64,000 nucleotides of DNA from Selaginella moellendorffii (Eukaryota; Plantae; Lycopodiophyta): positions 1,500,362 to 1,564,361 of the forward strand of contig NW_003314278.1 of the NCBI RefSeq assembly GCF_000143415.4, written 5' to 3'. Positions 47,962 through 61,396 of this stretch are shown piece after piece. The notes under the pieces were generated by a model. It saw only the letters and a program-made list of their open reading frames with translations, searched no databases and was not told the DNA's origin. Positions within the stretch are counted from its first letter, which is position 1; the number at the start of each line of letters is the position of its first letter. Position numbers and translations under genes: made by a program.

Positions 47962-49844
47962 TCACGTCTCTCTGGTTAACCTCCTGGCTGTTGAAGCTGC
48001 TTGGAGTAACGCCATGGCGGTTTCGTCGTTTTTGAGTATCTGTGGCATAAAAAAGTTTCTTGAGAACAGAGAAAAGATAAGCATGAAAGAGCGCACCTCA
48101 GCTTTCGCTATATTGTTGAGCTGTTCTTGGCGTTTGATCTGCTCCTCCAGATCGAGTATCTTCCTAGACTCGGCTTGAATAACTTCATCCGTGCGCCTAT
48201 GACAAGGTGACAATGTTGCCTGACACTGGAGCTCGAAAAAACACTACTTACAATCTCTCCCTTTCGAGATCCGCACCATGCTTTTGTTGTTCTTTAATCC
48301 AGAACTGGTACTCCTTGGCCATAGCTTCCGCATCTTCCTGGAAAACTGTGTGAGAAGCTTTGTAACAATGAAATGACAAAGAATTACCTGTAGATAGTCT
48401 ATAAACTTTCCGAGAGGACTTATAGCTTGGCACAGAGCTTGAATGCTTTCTCGTAACTTTTGCAACTGTTCTACGCACGAGTATTTGGTACCGAAGGAAT
48501 AGACGCGAAAAGATACCTCTCACCTCGTCGCGTTTGCTGTCCGTCTCGACCTTGGTTCCACTTGGCTCCGTATACACTTCAGACAATTCCTCATCCTGGA
48601 CGCTGTTCTTATCTGTGGGAACAATATCAGACACTTTTTCTATCGAGCTAGAAAAATAAAAAAGGAGAATCACAGACATTATCATCTTTATCATCCATGT
48701 TTGAGCCCCGCTGGTTCTACCTGGAATTTGCCCAAGTCCGTGATCCTCAGTTTGTATCGGAGCTGCAACAAACACTTCCTGGAGCGACTAGAAAACCACA
48801 AAAAGAAGAAGCTGACCTTGGTGGCTGAGATCCAACTCTGTGGAAGCCATGCTCTCCGCTACAGCATCCTCTTCTTGCTCGTTCACAGCCCCAGGCGAAT
48901 AGATAACTTGTACCTTGGTGGCATCCACAGGCTGTGGTGGTGTGGCCACTTCTTGGGTCCTCGTCTTGTTGGAAAGCTCTGCCGCGTCGGGAGAAGGACT
49001 GTAGATGGACCTCCTTAGCTTCTCGGATGATACAGACTGACTCGAGGAGGCGCTTTCACGAGATATGAGTCCACTGTAAAGCAATGCAAGTAACTTCGCG
49101 ATCAAAAAGCTAAACCATTGCACAAAGAGGTACCTATGATCGGATGAAGGCATAAAGTCTCCAGCTAAACAGCGGTAGACAGCTTTTGCAGCTTTTTGGC
49201 TGTCTGTAGTGGCTGCTTGAGCCAGCATCTGTTCATAGAATTTTGTTTTAGTATATTTTTCCAAAGCATCAACAGCTCTTCACTGGCCTGCAAGAAGACG
49301 TTGGTTTGCTCGGGTTCCAGCCCAGCCAGAATCTGTACGAAAGCCAAGTAGAAATCTCGAGGCCAAGATGGAAGAAACGAAAGAAAAAACGAAGGTATAC
49401 CTTGGCTGGACGCACTGGAACGTTCGCATTTAGCGTAAGGCCAACGCAGTTGATGATCTTCGTGAGATAACGCAACTTAGCGTCCTTGTCCTAGAATTTT
49501 GACAAAGAACAATGCGAGGCTTCAATGCAAAGAACAATGCGCGAGGAAACAAATACAAAAGAAAGTACCTTAAGCTCCAATGGAGCAAGCTCGTCGGCTG
49601 CGAAGAGTCCCTCTGCAAACCCGGTGCGTCGCGTAACCTGGAAACCAAGAAATTCTATTGCTCCAAAGAAAGAACTAGAAAAAAGAAAAACCGGGAAGAC
49701 AATGCCGCAAACCTCAGAGACGATGTCGTGGAGGAATCGAAATGGCGGGCGCTTTAGCAGCGCCTCCGTGAGCTTTGGACGCTTCACGATTGGATCGATC
49801 CCGTGCTGGAGGAGGCGCTGCGTCGTCATCCAGTAGGCCTCCAT
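47962..49844 (-). CDS. IFT54: Intraflagellar transport protein 54 / TRAF3-interacting protein 1 (MIP-T3), multi-exon
   Basis: N-terminal KRPKLTEALLKRPPFRFLHDIVSEV, GFAEGLF, KILAGLEPEQTNVFLQ and C-terminal KLRESIQALCQAISPLGKFIDYLQED. Confidence 0.92.
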
Positions 49845-49903
49845 TTTCTCACTCTCCTTTTCAAAAATTAGGGCTCCTCCCAAAGTTTAGGGTTCTTGGC
49901 GCA

Positions 49904-50266
49904 ATGTCTTACGACGATGTAGAGATCGAGGACATGGAGTGGAACGAATCGCTCACGGCGTACACCTATCCCTGCCCTTGCGGCGATCTCTTCCAGATCA
50001 CAAAGGTAAGGCGCGGCGCCCGCTCGATCGCCTCGCCTCCAGTTGCTTACCCTCGCTCTCTCTCTAGGCGGAGCTCAAGATCGGCGAGGAGTTCGCGAGG
50101 TGCCCAAGCTGTTCGCTTTATATCAGAGTGATCTACAACGCGGTAAGTCGATTCGAGTGTGTTGTTCTTGCGCTTCCTTCGCTGAGTGTGATTGTTTTGG
50201 CAGGAGGATTTCCAGGAGGAGAAAACTCCCATGAAGAAGAGCGCGCCAGTTCTTGTAGCATCTTAG
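49904..50266 (+). CDS. DPH3: Diphthamide biosynthesis protein 3 (KTI11, CSL zinc finger), 3 exons
   Basis: MSYDDVEIEDMEWN...YTYPCPCGDLFQITK|AELKIGEEFARCPSCSLYIRVIYNA|EDF... Confidence 0.95.
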
Positions 50267-52113
50267 CGATCGAAGCCTCTCTCTCCTGTGAGTTCTTAGA
50301 TCGATCACAGCATTTTGTCTAGTGAGATCAGCTTAGTTCTAGCGGCAAAACTAGATTTTGTTAGAAGTTTCACAGTGGAACACGCTAGAGAAAGGAAGAT
50401 CTTTTCGCTCGCTTCTCTAGAGAGATCGATCGCTTTAACTTCTCTTGCTTGGCCGGGACCATAGAAAACTCGATCATCCATCGTCCACGGGCGCAGTGGC
50501 CAAAACAGAGACGATGGAAGCGACACCTCTCCTAAACAACAAAGGCGTCGGCTTGTTTGCTTTCGCCGTTCCATCTTGTCCCACGCCCATCAAGAAAGAA
50601 GAAGAAAAAAAAAAGCATAGAAAAAAAAGCCCTTTTAAGTACAAAAATACCTTTTTTGATTAAAAAAAAAAAAAAGAGTACCAGATAAAAAAACACCCAA
50701 GAAACTTAAGCTCTCTTTCAGTCCAGTCCTATATCTCCAGTAGCTGGGCGGTATTGCTTGTCTTGATCCTTGCATTGTGTCCTTGTCACTGGCAGCCTTT
50801 GGGCGAGCAAGGGCCATGATTTCTTTCGTGTGCCCGAGCTGATGCTTTGGAATATTCTCCGCCGGGCATATTCCCCGGGAATAATCTCGCGAGGAGCTCG
50901 CGAGCAAGGAGAAAAACAAGTCCTTTGAATGCGTTTCGCCTATGCTGGCAATGATGTCTTCTTAGCAAAGCGCTCCTCCCGTGGGGACCCCAGAAAAAAT
51001 TCTAGTTTTTCCTCTTTGCTTTCGTTGCTACGCTTGGATCCAAGCGAGTAGGAAAGTGGAAGAACAAAGCCAGCTCGCGCGAGCAGGGAGGAATTTTCTC
51101 CTTCGCCCCAGCCAGGGCTCCACCAGTTCTTCGCGAAAAAAAAAAAAAAAAAACATCAAATGGTTATCACATCGCGCACCTAGAATCGTACGAGCTATGG
51201 TGGAAATTCGAGGGTGGTAGAAGAAAATGGATGGAACTTGGCAGAAGAACACAAAGCACAGCGTTTTGGATGAACTTTTTCCCGTTTCTGCAACTTCACG
51301 ATTTTTCCCTCTCGATCATCAATGCCAAACAATCTATTATCAATCTCCAGGAGACACGCTCGCTCGATCGAGGACGATCGAGGATCGTATTTATGAGAAG
51401 CTCGAAACTTTCTACTCCCTCTACTCCCGGGAGTTCTACCATGAGATCTTTGGCGATTTTCTCACACTTGCCAGCATCGTTGGTTGCTACCCACCTGGAT
51501 TCGCGAACGCTCAAGTCGCCGCATCTCTCGCCGCGAGACGCGCCCGTTGGTTCCCGGGATGAGCTCAACGATGGAACTTTTGTAGAACATCTAGCTCGCA
51601 AGCAAAGTCGGGAATCTCTTTTTCTTTCTTTCCGGGAGAGCTGCGTGGATCGATTCGATACTTACATTAGAGAGGAGGAAATACAAGCAAAGAAAAAGGG
51701 AACCAAACGATCTTTTGGAGAAAGGGAGAGATGATCTTGGCCAGCAATGCGCCTTATGATCTTGGAAGAAGTAGAGGAAGAGGAGAAGTCGCGCGAGAGA
51801 GATGACCCCGGCGTGTTCTTCATCTGTGTGTTGGTGACACGTCTGGGAAAATTCGGCTTGACTTGATTGCGCCGATCGATCGAATCGATGACTTGGAGAT
51901 ATGTACGAAAGCTCTGGAGATCACCACCGCTTCGCAACAACATCAAACTTGGTTCTTGGAACACAATCTCCTCCCCGGTAACTATTACGAGAGTAAGATC
52001 GAACGAGAGAGAGAGAGAGAGAGCACTTGGGAGGAAGAAGAAAAGCTTGAAAACACGAAAACTAGGCCTAGGGAGGATGGCTGCGAGTAGACGAATGTTT
52101 CCTTCTTTCTCGA

Positions 52114-53240
52114 TCACGGGTGGCCATGGTGCTGGTGTGGAGGATTGCTGCGGAATGATCCCAAGGCCTTGAGCGCCGAGCCCGCTCTAAGCACGTATTG
52201 GTGATAGATCGCTGCCGCGGCAGCTCCAATGAAGGGGCCGACCCAGAAAATCCACTGGAAAAACAGAGAAAAACAGAGGATTAGACCATGAACGAACAGA
52301 GCTCTCTTCCTCTCTCTCTCTTGTGCTTACTTGATCGTCCCATGAAACACTCTTGTTGAAGATCACCGCGGCTCCAAAACTCCTCGCCGGGTTGATGCCC
52401 GTTCCAGTGATTGGAATGGTGGCCAAGTGAACCATGAACACCGCGAATCCGATGGGAAGAGGAGCCAGCACCTGGAAAAACATTTCCCACACGAGCGCGA
52501 CAGCAAGAAAACGATCAAAATCTCTGTTTTTTTGGTGTTCTTCCGAGAAAAAAGGAGGGAGGAGCTCGTGATTCTTACCGGGACGTGCGAGTCTCTGGCG
52601 ACGCGCTTGGGATCCGTGGCCGAGAAGACGGTGTAGACGAGAACGAAGGTGCCAATGATCTCGGCTCCCAGCCCGGTTCCCGTGCTGTAGCCCCGTGCTC
52701 TTGCCACGGAGTTTGCTCCTCCCCCCTGCTGGACGTAGAAGCTCTTCTGGAAGCCCTTTGCGAGGCCGCAGCCAACGATCGCTCCCAGGCACTGCATGAT
52801 CATGTAGAAGATCGCCCGGGGCAGCGAGACCTTGCGGGCGACGAAGAGGCCGAAGGTCACAGCCGGATTGATGTGTCCTCCTAGAGAAGTTTCAAGTTAG
52901 AAGATCTTCTAGACAGCTTGTGCTCGATCGGAAGAAGAGTGGAGAATTCACCTGAGATTCCTGCAGTGCAGTAGACAAGCACGAAGATCATGCCTCCAAA
53001 CGCCCACGCGATCCCCAGGAGGCCGACGCCACCGCAGTTTGCAGCGTTTCTCGAGTGGCCGATGACTGTCTGGACGGTGATGTAGAGGAACAAGAGCGTG
53101 GCCACGAACTCGGCAATGCCGGCTCTGTAGAAGGACCATGAGCCAAACTCTTTGGGATCCACAAGCCGGGCCGGCGGTGGCTCCTCGTAATCCTTGGCCG
53201 TCACGAACGCCTCCGATTCCTTGCTCGCGTCCTTGGCCAT
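52114..53240 (-). CDS. PIP2: Plasma membrane intrinsic protein, PIP2-type aquaporin, 4 exons
   Basis: [45 protein letters not shown] and C-terminal KALGSFRSN. Confidence 0.96.
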
Positions 53241-53677
53241 GCTCGATCGATCGCAGTTCTTGGGCGAATTCGAATTGGAGGAGGGGAAATGCGAGAGATG
53301 GAAGAGGGGACCTCTGCTTCCTGGCACACACAGAGTCTTATAAGAGAAAAAGCTAAAGAAAAGTTGGAGCTTGGCTTGGCTGGCGCACTCACAAGGCCGA
53401 GAGAGTGAGAGAGAGAAAGAGAGAGATAGAGGATCCTAAGAGAAAGAAAGAGGAAAAAAATTTCCTATCTTTTTCTTCTTTTGCCCCTTTTCGAGTTGAG
53501 CGCTAAGATTGGATCACACTATAGCTTTGGAGATGTGACGATCAAACACTCCGAGAATCACAGTGGAAGCGGGAGCTTTGCTTTTAGGTAAAGCTGCTCT
53601 CGTGATTTTAATCGTCCCGGGTTTGTGCTCGTGGTAAAAGCTTATCTTTTATACGAGGCCAGTGACAGGAGAGACGG

Positions 53678-54210
53678 GTGGTCCCCTCACTGACGCCGTC
53701 ACCTATGGCCGTCAAAGGGACCACGACCGCACACTTGGCATGGATTACATTGAGAAAAATATTAGAATATTCCTGCTTTGGATCAATCAATTTTGATCAA
53801 TACAAGAGTTTGGCTGTATTGTTTTCGTGAACCCTATCGTATCTATCTCTCCTTCTTGCTTGAAGGGTCTAGAGTTTGCTAGAAGAAGAGATCTATTTAA
53901 TGGAACTTTGGCATGTTGGTCCCCCCCTGGAAAACTCCCAAGTGTTTAATTCGCCATGTTTCGTACATAGGGCGCGCCGTACGTGTGCATGGCGGGCGCG
54001 TCCGTACGATGCGAGGGCCATGTGGGCGCCCGTACGCCCGAATCAGGCCCGTTGGGGCGCCCTAACGGTCGGGGCCCTGCCAAATTCCCGGCCGAGCACG
54101 GGTGGGGCCCACCGCTGCCACGTGAGCGCTTCCTGACGCCAGCTGGGCGCACGGGGCTGGTCCCATCCGACCGACCATGTGGCCTCCAATGCTGCGCTGG
54201 CACGTCGGCA
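53678..54210 (-). promoter_or_regulatory. GC-rich upstream region of PIP2 with TCP-type sites and a G-box
   Basis: GTGGTCCC at 53678, GGGACCAC at 53717, GTGGGGCCCAC at 54102, CACGTG at 54119 and GGTCCCAT at 54159. Confidence 0.5.
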
Positions 54211-55892
54211 TATGCATACACACAAACACACAACAGGGGAGGGCCTTATCAACAACATTCTTACTGTGATTTAAGATATGTTTAGCGCCACTTTTTAATC
54301 TTTGTTTTGGTTTTCTTTCCTACGTCGTTGCCACTGAAGGAGTTGGCTAGATGTCAAGCGTCATTTTAGGGCATTAAGCTGGATTTCATTATCAGTCGCC
54401 CTCAAAGGTGGCCGCACTTAGTTGTTTATGGTTATGATGATAGGGAGTTTCTTCTCTTTGAGCGGTGGTCTTTAGTGGAGTGTTTTGTGGAGAGGGAAGT
54501 GATCATAGCAGCTAAAACCACAGCCTCATCCGATTCCTCTCCACTCAGTGGGCGGGGACAAAATTGTACGTGGGTTTGAAAAGCTAGAGATGGAGAGATT
54601 TTGTGCAGAGAAAAATTGTATAATAGTAATGAGTGAACTTTCTGAGATTTATATCATATAAATCTTAAACTTTTTTTTTTGAGAACTTTACAATTTAAAT
54701 AAAAACTCATTTAGGAGTTATGCATAAAATATTCTTCATACAAAATTGCTACATTTAAAAAACAAATTCCACCTTTATATGGATTATTGAGTTTTTTAAT
54801 TATATCACTTTATCACATTGCCATAAAACAATATTATTTATATTTTAAATTTTCTTTTCTTTTATTATTATTATATTAGAAACATTATCCATTTTTGAAA
54901 AAAATAAATCAGTTCCAATATTATATTTAATATTTTATTTAATATAAGGTTTTTGTGATCCATAAGGAAATGGTTATCCATATAGTGAAAGAAAAGTTAC
55001 ATAAAAACATAAGTTTGTCATTTCAACTATATGCTTCATGACATTATAACTATATTTTATGATTATATGGTATAATAAATTTAAGTAGAAAATAAAATTT
55101 TATAAAATAATAATAAATAACTTAGTTACTAGCTAGTCCAAAAAAAATGCATTAATCAATTAAAGATCAATCATTAAAAAATATTAAAAATCAGTCATAA
55201 CTTGATATTTTTATGCTCCAATTAATAGCTTCTTGATAAATGAGTGAGAAAAAGTTATCTACAATAAAATTATACTAAAAATTGTTTAAAAAAATTCATT
55301 TAAATATAAAATTTTGAAGTAATTTTTAATATAATAAGTATTTTGTGTTAAATAGTTATCTCTTTGCAAGCACATTCCTAAATTTTTTAAAATTAACATT
55401 AGTCAAAAGCACTAATAAATAATTAACCTCACGTTGTACACAAAATAGGTCCACAACAATCACAAACAACTCTACTCAAGAAAAGACTTGGTGAAAATGC
55501 AAGAACACCAAGATATACAAGCATCATCTTTAATATAATAGTTAAGCTATTCAATATCATAATTTAACAAAACTGTAAAATAGTTTATATTTTTTTAATA
55601 TATATAAGGATTTTGACATGGATCTGGTCATATTTTATTTTGGAGAGTTCTTGCCTATCACTTCAAAGATGCAAAAACTGGAAATTATTAGAAGATTATC
55701 ACCTTAGATGCAAGTTATATATTTTCTTTTCTTTTAAATTTTTATAATTTTTGTAACTATGCCATATTAATATGTATATATGTATGTTATTTTTTACATT
55801 AATATTATCACAAATTGAAAGAATGTAAAGGATGACTAAAATTCAATAGATCACACATGTTATTCTTTAAAAACTTAATGGTTGATAAGAGT

Positions 55893-58527
55893 TCAATTCT
55901 TATGATCCAAACCTGCACCATACCTCCATGATTCTACAATCCGTAATAAAAAGTAGCTTTGGTTTTTAGGTAGCATCGTAGCTAAAACTCTGCTTTGACA
56001 AACCAAGGTGTCAGAGGCTGAAAGCTCAAACGCATATGCTTACAATGCTGGAGAAGCAATCACGCTGGATAGCATTGTGTAGAGTCCAAGGCTCGCAAAA
56101 TGAATCATCCAGTCAGCAATGGATGCCAAACCCACCTGCGATCACGCTTTTAACACATGCAAAAATCAAGTTAACAAATCTAAGCCTACCTGTTTAAAAA
56201 TCTGAGGCAGAAGGCTTGGCCTGGTTAGCATAATCGATCCCAATGTCATAGCAAGTGGAAAAAACTGTATCACATCCTTAAAAAAAGAGAGAAAAAGAGA
56301 TCAAAAGTAAGAAACTACGAAAATTGTATAGCAAAATACCTGGAGGAAAGGCCGAAGAACGGGATCCCCGAGTTTCTACATGCCACAAAGTTAGAATCAT
56401 TGAGACAAGGATCTCTCACTCCACCTCCATGCTTTCGAACGTTACTGAAAGGAGCTCGTTTATGAAGGAAGACGAAACACCAGCATCAGGTCGCACGGAC
56501 ATGGCCTTTTGCAGCAGCCATGCTCCACTGAGATTGGGCTGGAAGCCAAGAACGAGATTGATTCAATCTGTATGAATTTGGATATCTCTTACCATGTAAG
56601 GATTCAAGAGCGAGAGGCTGTTCTTGTCCAGTTTGTCAGCCTCCAAAGCCTCGGTAATCCCTGTAAATCAAGTCATATAATTCACCACCTGGATCTTCGC
56701 TTACCATTTGAAAGCCTTTGCAAGTTCCTTGCTATGCTCGCAAAACCACCAAACGAAACCGGAGATTGGATCCCGCTCGCGTCGCCAACTTGCAAAACTC
56801 TGTCGAAAGCTGCGGGCAAAGGACTGCGAGAAAAAAAAAGTGGTTAGCAACGAAACACGAATGAAGAGAAAAATGTGTCTAGATTTACCTGCTTCTGTAA
56901 GTTGGAAAAATTCCAAAGAGAACGCGCAGGACCTCGAGATCCTCAAGTTTCACCGCCTGGTATAATGCAATGTAGCGAAAGTTAAAAAGAAAGGAATGTT
57001 ACTGACTTGGTATTCGGGCATTCGGTCCCAGTAATCTTCAAGCATGTCTTCGAGAGATGGACGACTGGCAGTCGCGTCCATGTATGAAAACATGTACGTG
57101 GTGCGATCTCTTGGTCCCGAGCCTGCTGGAAATGCCTGCTAAGAAAGTAATTTAGCCGAGAGAGAAAGGAAAGAACGAAGAACAAAGCAACCTCCCAAAA
57201 GTATTGAGTTTTCGAGTTCTTGATGGTTGTGAATGGAGAATTTGTGTAGATGATATCGCTGGTAGTGTTGGCATGGAATCCACGAGCACAGCTCCCTACC
57301 ACAAGGCAAACTCCATCCGGCGGACAACCTCTTCGTATCTAGATCACCAGAAAAATATCTTCAAACTTTTGATGTGATGAAGTTTCAATGTTGACGTTAC
57401 CTGGCGAACAATCGGAGAGAAGTTTCCCATGGCATCGAGGACAAGCCTTGACAAAAGAACTCGCGCATCATCGAGTGATATGATCTGACAAACAAATAAA
57501 AATCACGATGAAGAGAAAATTAAAAAGGATGGAAACTTACAGCACAATCGTTGTAAACAGCAATTTTCGAAGCTCCTGTTCCCTCGATAATCACTCCTCC
57601 GGCTTCCACAAATCTTTTCTTTAGCGTTTCGATCAAACGAGCTGGCCTGGAAGAACAAAAACAAAAGAAAAAACTTGAATTAATGACAAAGGTCGATCGA
57701 AGGAATTCACTACTTGCGAGATTCCAAGGTTGAGGATGTTCTTCACCCAAAGCTCCGAGCCTCCATCGAAGCCACAACGATTCTGATAAAAATGAGAACT
57801 CAAAGACGGAAAGAAACGAGCAAGAATACCGGATTGAACTCAGCGGATATAACGCTTTCCAGCTCCGCGGGAGTAATCAATCCAATGTCAACAAGCTCTT
57901 GGATCTCTTTTCTAGAAATGTTCCACTCTTGCGCACGCTGCAGCAATAGCGAGATCAAACTGGAGGTTATCAACGAGGAAGAGAAGAAACTACGCACCCC
58001 TCGCAAGACGTTCTTCTCCACGACAGCAACCTTGAATCCTTTCAATGCAAGTGCTGCCGCGAAGAAAATCCCAAGCGTTCCACCACATACCACCACGTCG
58101 AATGCCATGGAAACTTCTCTCGAATTCGTCGGGCATTGAGCGTCGTGACGAGTGACAATCTCTGGAATAGTTCCTGAAACATTCAAAGAATCTGGTTGGT
58201 CTTTCCACGAGAAGAGAGAGAGAGAGAGAGCACCTGATGCTCTAGACCGCAGGCGAAACCACAAATCGTCCAAACGCTTGAGCGCTTGATATGTGGAAGC
58301 ACCACCCGCGCCTCCAGCCTCGCCATCGCTCACTGCTATGCTATCCATGATTCTCTGGGAGAATTGCGAGCTCCATGGTTGAGCATTGAAGAATCGAACA
58401 CACATACCTGGGTTCTGGACTTGGTAGCAGCCACAGAAGAGGTAGAGCAACAAGAAACTCTACCGCAAACGCGGCGACGCATTGGCGCTCTTCGTGGCAG
58501 CGCGGCGAATGGAATGGTAGTCGCCAT
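55893..58527 (-). CDS. CruP: CruP-like (CruA/CruP lycopene-cyclase family) FAD-dependent oxidoreductase, likely plastid-targeted, multi-exon
   Basis: GEAGGAGGASTY, FDVVVCGGTLG, QEWNISRKE, DAMGNFSPI, DGVCLVVGSCARG, QYFWEAFP, QSPLSFGG, LRPFLQDVIQF and C-terminal WRYGAGLD. Confidence 0.88.
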
Positions 58528-58703
58528 TCCTATGCCCTTGTTGACCATTGTTGACTTTAAAGCATAATCAGGGAATTGCTCATGCACACGTGCTCATGAC
58601 CCTTTTTTTTTTCTTTTGTGTTAGAAATTTGTTCCATTAAAGAAAAAAATAATCTCCTTCTAGTTTCGGTGGTTTACACTTTAGTCTTCTAAGCTGTATA
58701 TAT

Positions 58704-59850
58704 CTACCTCGCAAAAACACATTTGTGTAAGCCTTGCAATAGGAAGTGAGCAGCAGTGTTGGAGGGATCCAGCTCAAAACCATGTTTCGCAGCATCCTCT
58801 CCAACACCAACATCACACTGAAGCTTGCAAGCTCCAAGCTGAGCTCTTCAAGCAACCGGACATCCTGGAAAAAAGCTTCTATGTCAGCTGGCCAGTTCTC
58901 GCCAACATATCCACAACACCTCCCTGGCTGGACCTATCCCATAGTCAAATTGCATGCTCCACAAACACTCAAGAGCTTGATCTATTCATTCCAATGGCTG
59001 CAAGCGACCAACAAGCTCATGAAACTTATCCGGTTTGGCCTCACTACTTCCACTTCCATTTCTTGGAAAACTTTGAGCGATTTGATACCATCTCCGGCGT
59101 GTGATGAAACACGTCCACGAGGTCATATCTCTGGCCTTCATTCTCTGGAAAATCTCTATGACTTTGGATAGATCTCCATGCTCAGCATGCACGGATAAGA
59201 TTGCATTCCAGGAGCTCAGTGTCTTCTCCCCGTCTTCTCTCAAACAGAGTCTCCGATCCATCCAATTCGTGAGAGCTGCAAACGAGCATGGTTGAGCAGC
59301 TTATTGAGTCCCAAGCGGGCATTCGATCGAACACACCCTTGGCGCTTTTATAATCTCCATTTTGTACCAGGACTACCATTAGACAGGTACGGTTCCAAGT
59401 TCCTCTCTGGAGTTTGCTTCCTTGAGATTACAGTTGTTGTCCACGAAAGCTTGGATCAATGCTGTCCAAGACGAGTGCTCCCGTATACTCGAAGGCTTCC
59501 TTGGCTTTAAACACGCCTCCACACTGCATATCAGCACACTAAAGGTCACGAGATTTTTCACGAGAGAAATTGTAGAGAATCTCCAAAGTGACCCCTTTGA
59601 GCATATGCGGAGACCATCCACACTAGTGGCTGGAACTTGGTCAAATAATCGTTTTGCGTCCTCAACACGGCCATTTGATGCAAAAACTGTGATTAAAACC
59701 GTAAAAGCGACGAGGTCCCAGAATGGCATCTTCGAAAACAGTTTTCCTCCCGTAGACTTCAAGCATTGTGTTCCAAGTGATCATGTATGCTCTTCGATTT
59801 TTCTGAACTCAAAGATTCAAGGATGGAAAATTACAAGATCTTCATGAAAA
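58704..59850 (-). pseudogene. Degraded paralog of the PPR gene at 10148-12055
   Basis: Near-identical blocks (EHSSWTALIQAFVD, KTLSSWNAILSVHAEHGDLSKVIE, LDPSNTA) interrupted by many small deletions and frameshifts. Confidence 0.9.
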
Positions 59851-60319
59851 TATCCTACACAGTATTCCATACTGTCTATTTCGAAAAATTATTTTGGTCC
59901 TTTAATAGAAATCTGACGAATTTAGATTACGACAAAACGAACAACAAATTCCAATGGCATCTTTCTTGTCTCCAGTGGTGTCTTCTTTTCTTGTGTCCTG
60001 CCTGTTTGTCACTGTGGGTTTGATCATCTAGTATGGGTCTAGAGTGGCGAGTGGTAATTTCATCCTCTTGAGCAGCACTGACTTCGCCTCCCACAATCCA
60101 CATCCAAGGCTTTCGCGGGAATGTGGTGATGGCAGATCAAAGAGCACTAGTAGCTCCTTCCAAGGTCTTCAACTGTTCCTTCCAATACTAGCCACAATAT
60201 TCCATACCCGAATCCTGTGAGTACGAGGAACCACACGTATGATTTCGTGCTCGTTCCGCAACGGAACCGCTGGTGAAGCCCACGTCGTCCTCTCGCTGGT
60301 TGATATCATCCAGCAGTAC

Positions 60320-60570
60320 CATTGATTTGATCAAATGCAAGCTTGGCGGCGTACACATTCCCGTTCCGGGCATAGACCGAGAAAAGAATCGCCCACGAAA
60401 AAGAGTCTTTGTTCTGGATTCCATCGAAAATCTCCCGTGCCAGCTCTGCCTTGTTCTACACAAACACATCGTCTGGATCCACCAGAGCCATCATCCTTGA
60501 ATGGACATCACGCAGTGCTGGAACTGTCTTGCGAGATCTAATCAGCTGCAAACACTCCGCCCTTCCATCC
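60320..60570 (-). pseudogene. PPR N-terminal fragment
   Basis: HVHSRMMALVDPDDVFV*NKAELAREIFDGIQNKDSFSWAILFSVYARNG. Confidence 0.65.
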
Positions 60571-60960
60571 ATAATTTCTCTTCAAAGAAAATCACATCAT
60601 GGAATGCTATGCGAACTTATAGATATAGGCAGAAGCTACAACGTTGAGATGAAGCTCACTGGAAAAAAGTCCATGCAATTGAGAAGCTTACAAGAGGCAA
60701 GCAAGAAAGTGTTTCGTTTCTCTATCTGAACCAGGAACTAAAGCAGATGCCCAAACATCCTTTGTTGCCGGGTATACATGTATAAGCTCGCCCGATTCCT
60801 TCGTTACTTGTAAAGTGGATTGAAAAGGATTATGCAATGCTGTTCGTTGGAACCTCTACACTCAAAGCACAACAACGCGGATAATTAACCAGAGAGTTCT
60901 TACTGTAAGCTTTTTCAAGGATTTGCTACAAGCATGCCTGAATCATCAACTTCTCTTTTG

Positions 60961-61396
60961 TCATGGAAAAGTGTAGCCTGCAACGACATTGAACAAAAGG
61001 TCAGTTCTTTTATCACCAGCAGCAGAAAGGCAAAATGAAAGTGAGAGAGTACTAACTTCCGCACTGATAGTTGTGAGGTAGCTCCCAGTTGCACTGCTTT
61101 GCGATTTTAAGAGCGGTGTTGAGCAGATGCTCAGTGATCATTTTGGTGACATCTTTGGTGATCTTGGAACAGAGGCAGTCGAGCTGGGCGCTCCTCACGA
61201 ACTTGCAGCACTTGGATGACGGTTTGGTTCCAATGAGCACGGCAGTCATGCAATTCCCGGCGAGGCCATTCACTTGGCTATCGCAGTCGAGAGTCGCGTC
61301 ATCGTCGGCAGCAACCTGGATCAGGAACAGAGAGATCAAGAGCAGGAAAACTCCAGAGCACAGGACAAGAGTCGCCCGGGGCTTGATCGTCTCCAT
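60961..61396 (-). CDS. Lipid transfer protein-like (8-Cys motif), 2 exons
   Basis: Signal peptide, then C..C..PSSKCC..CLC..C..C. Intron after CG, final exon (S)YTFP*. Confidence 0.85.
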
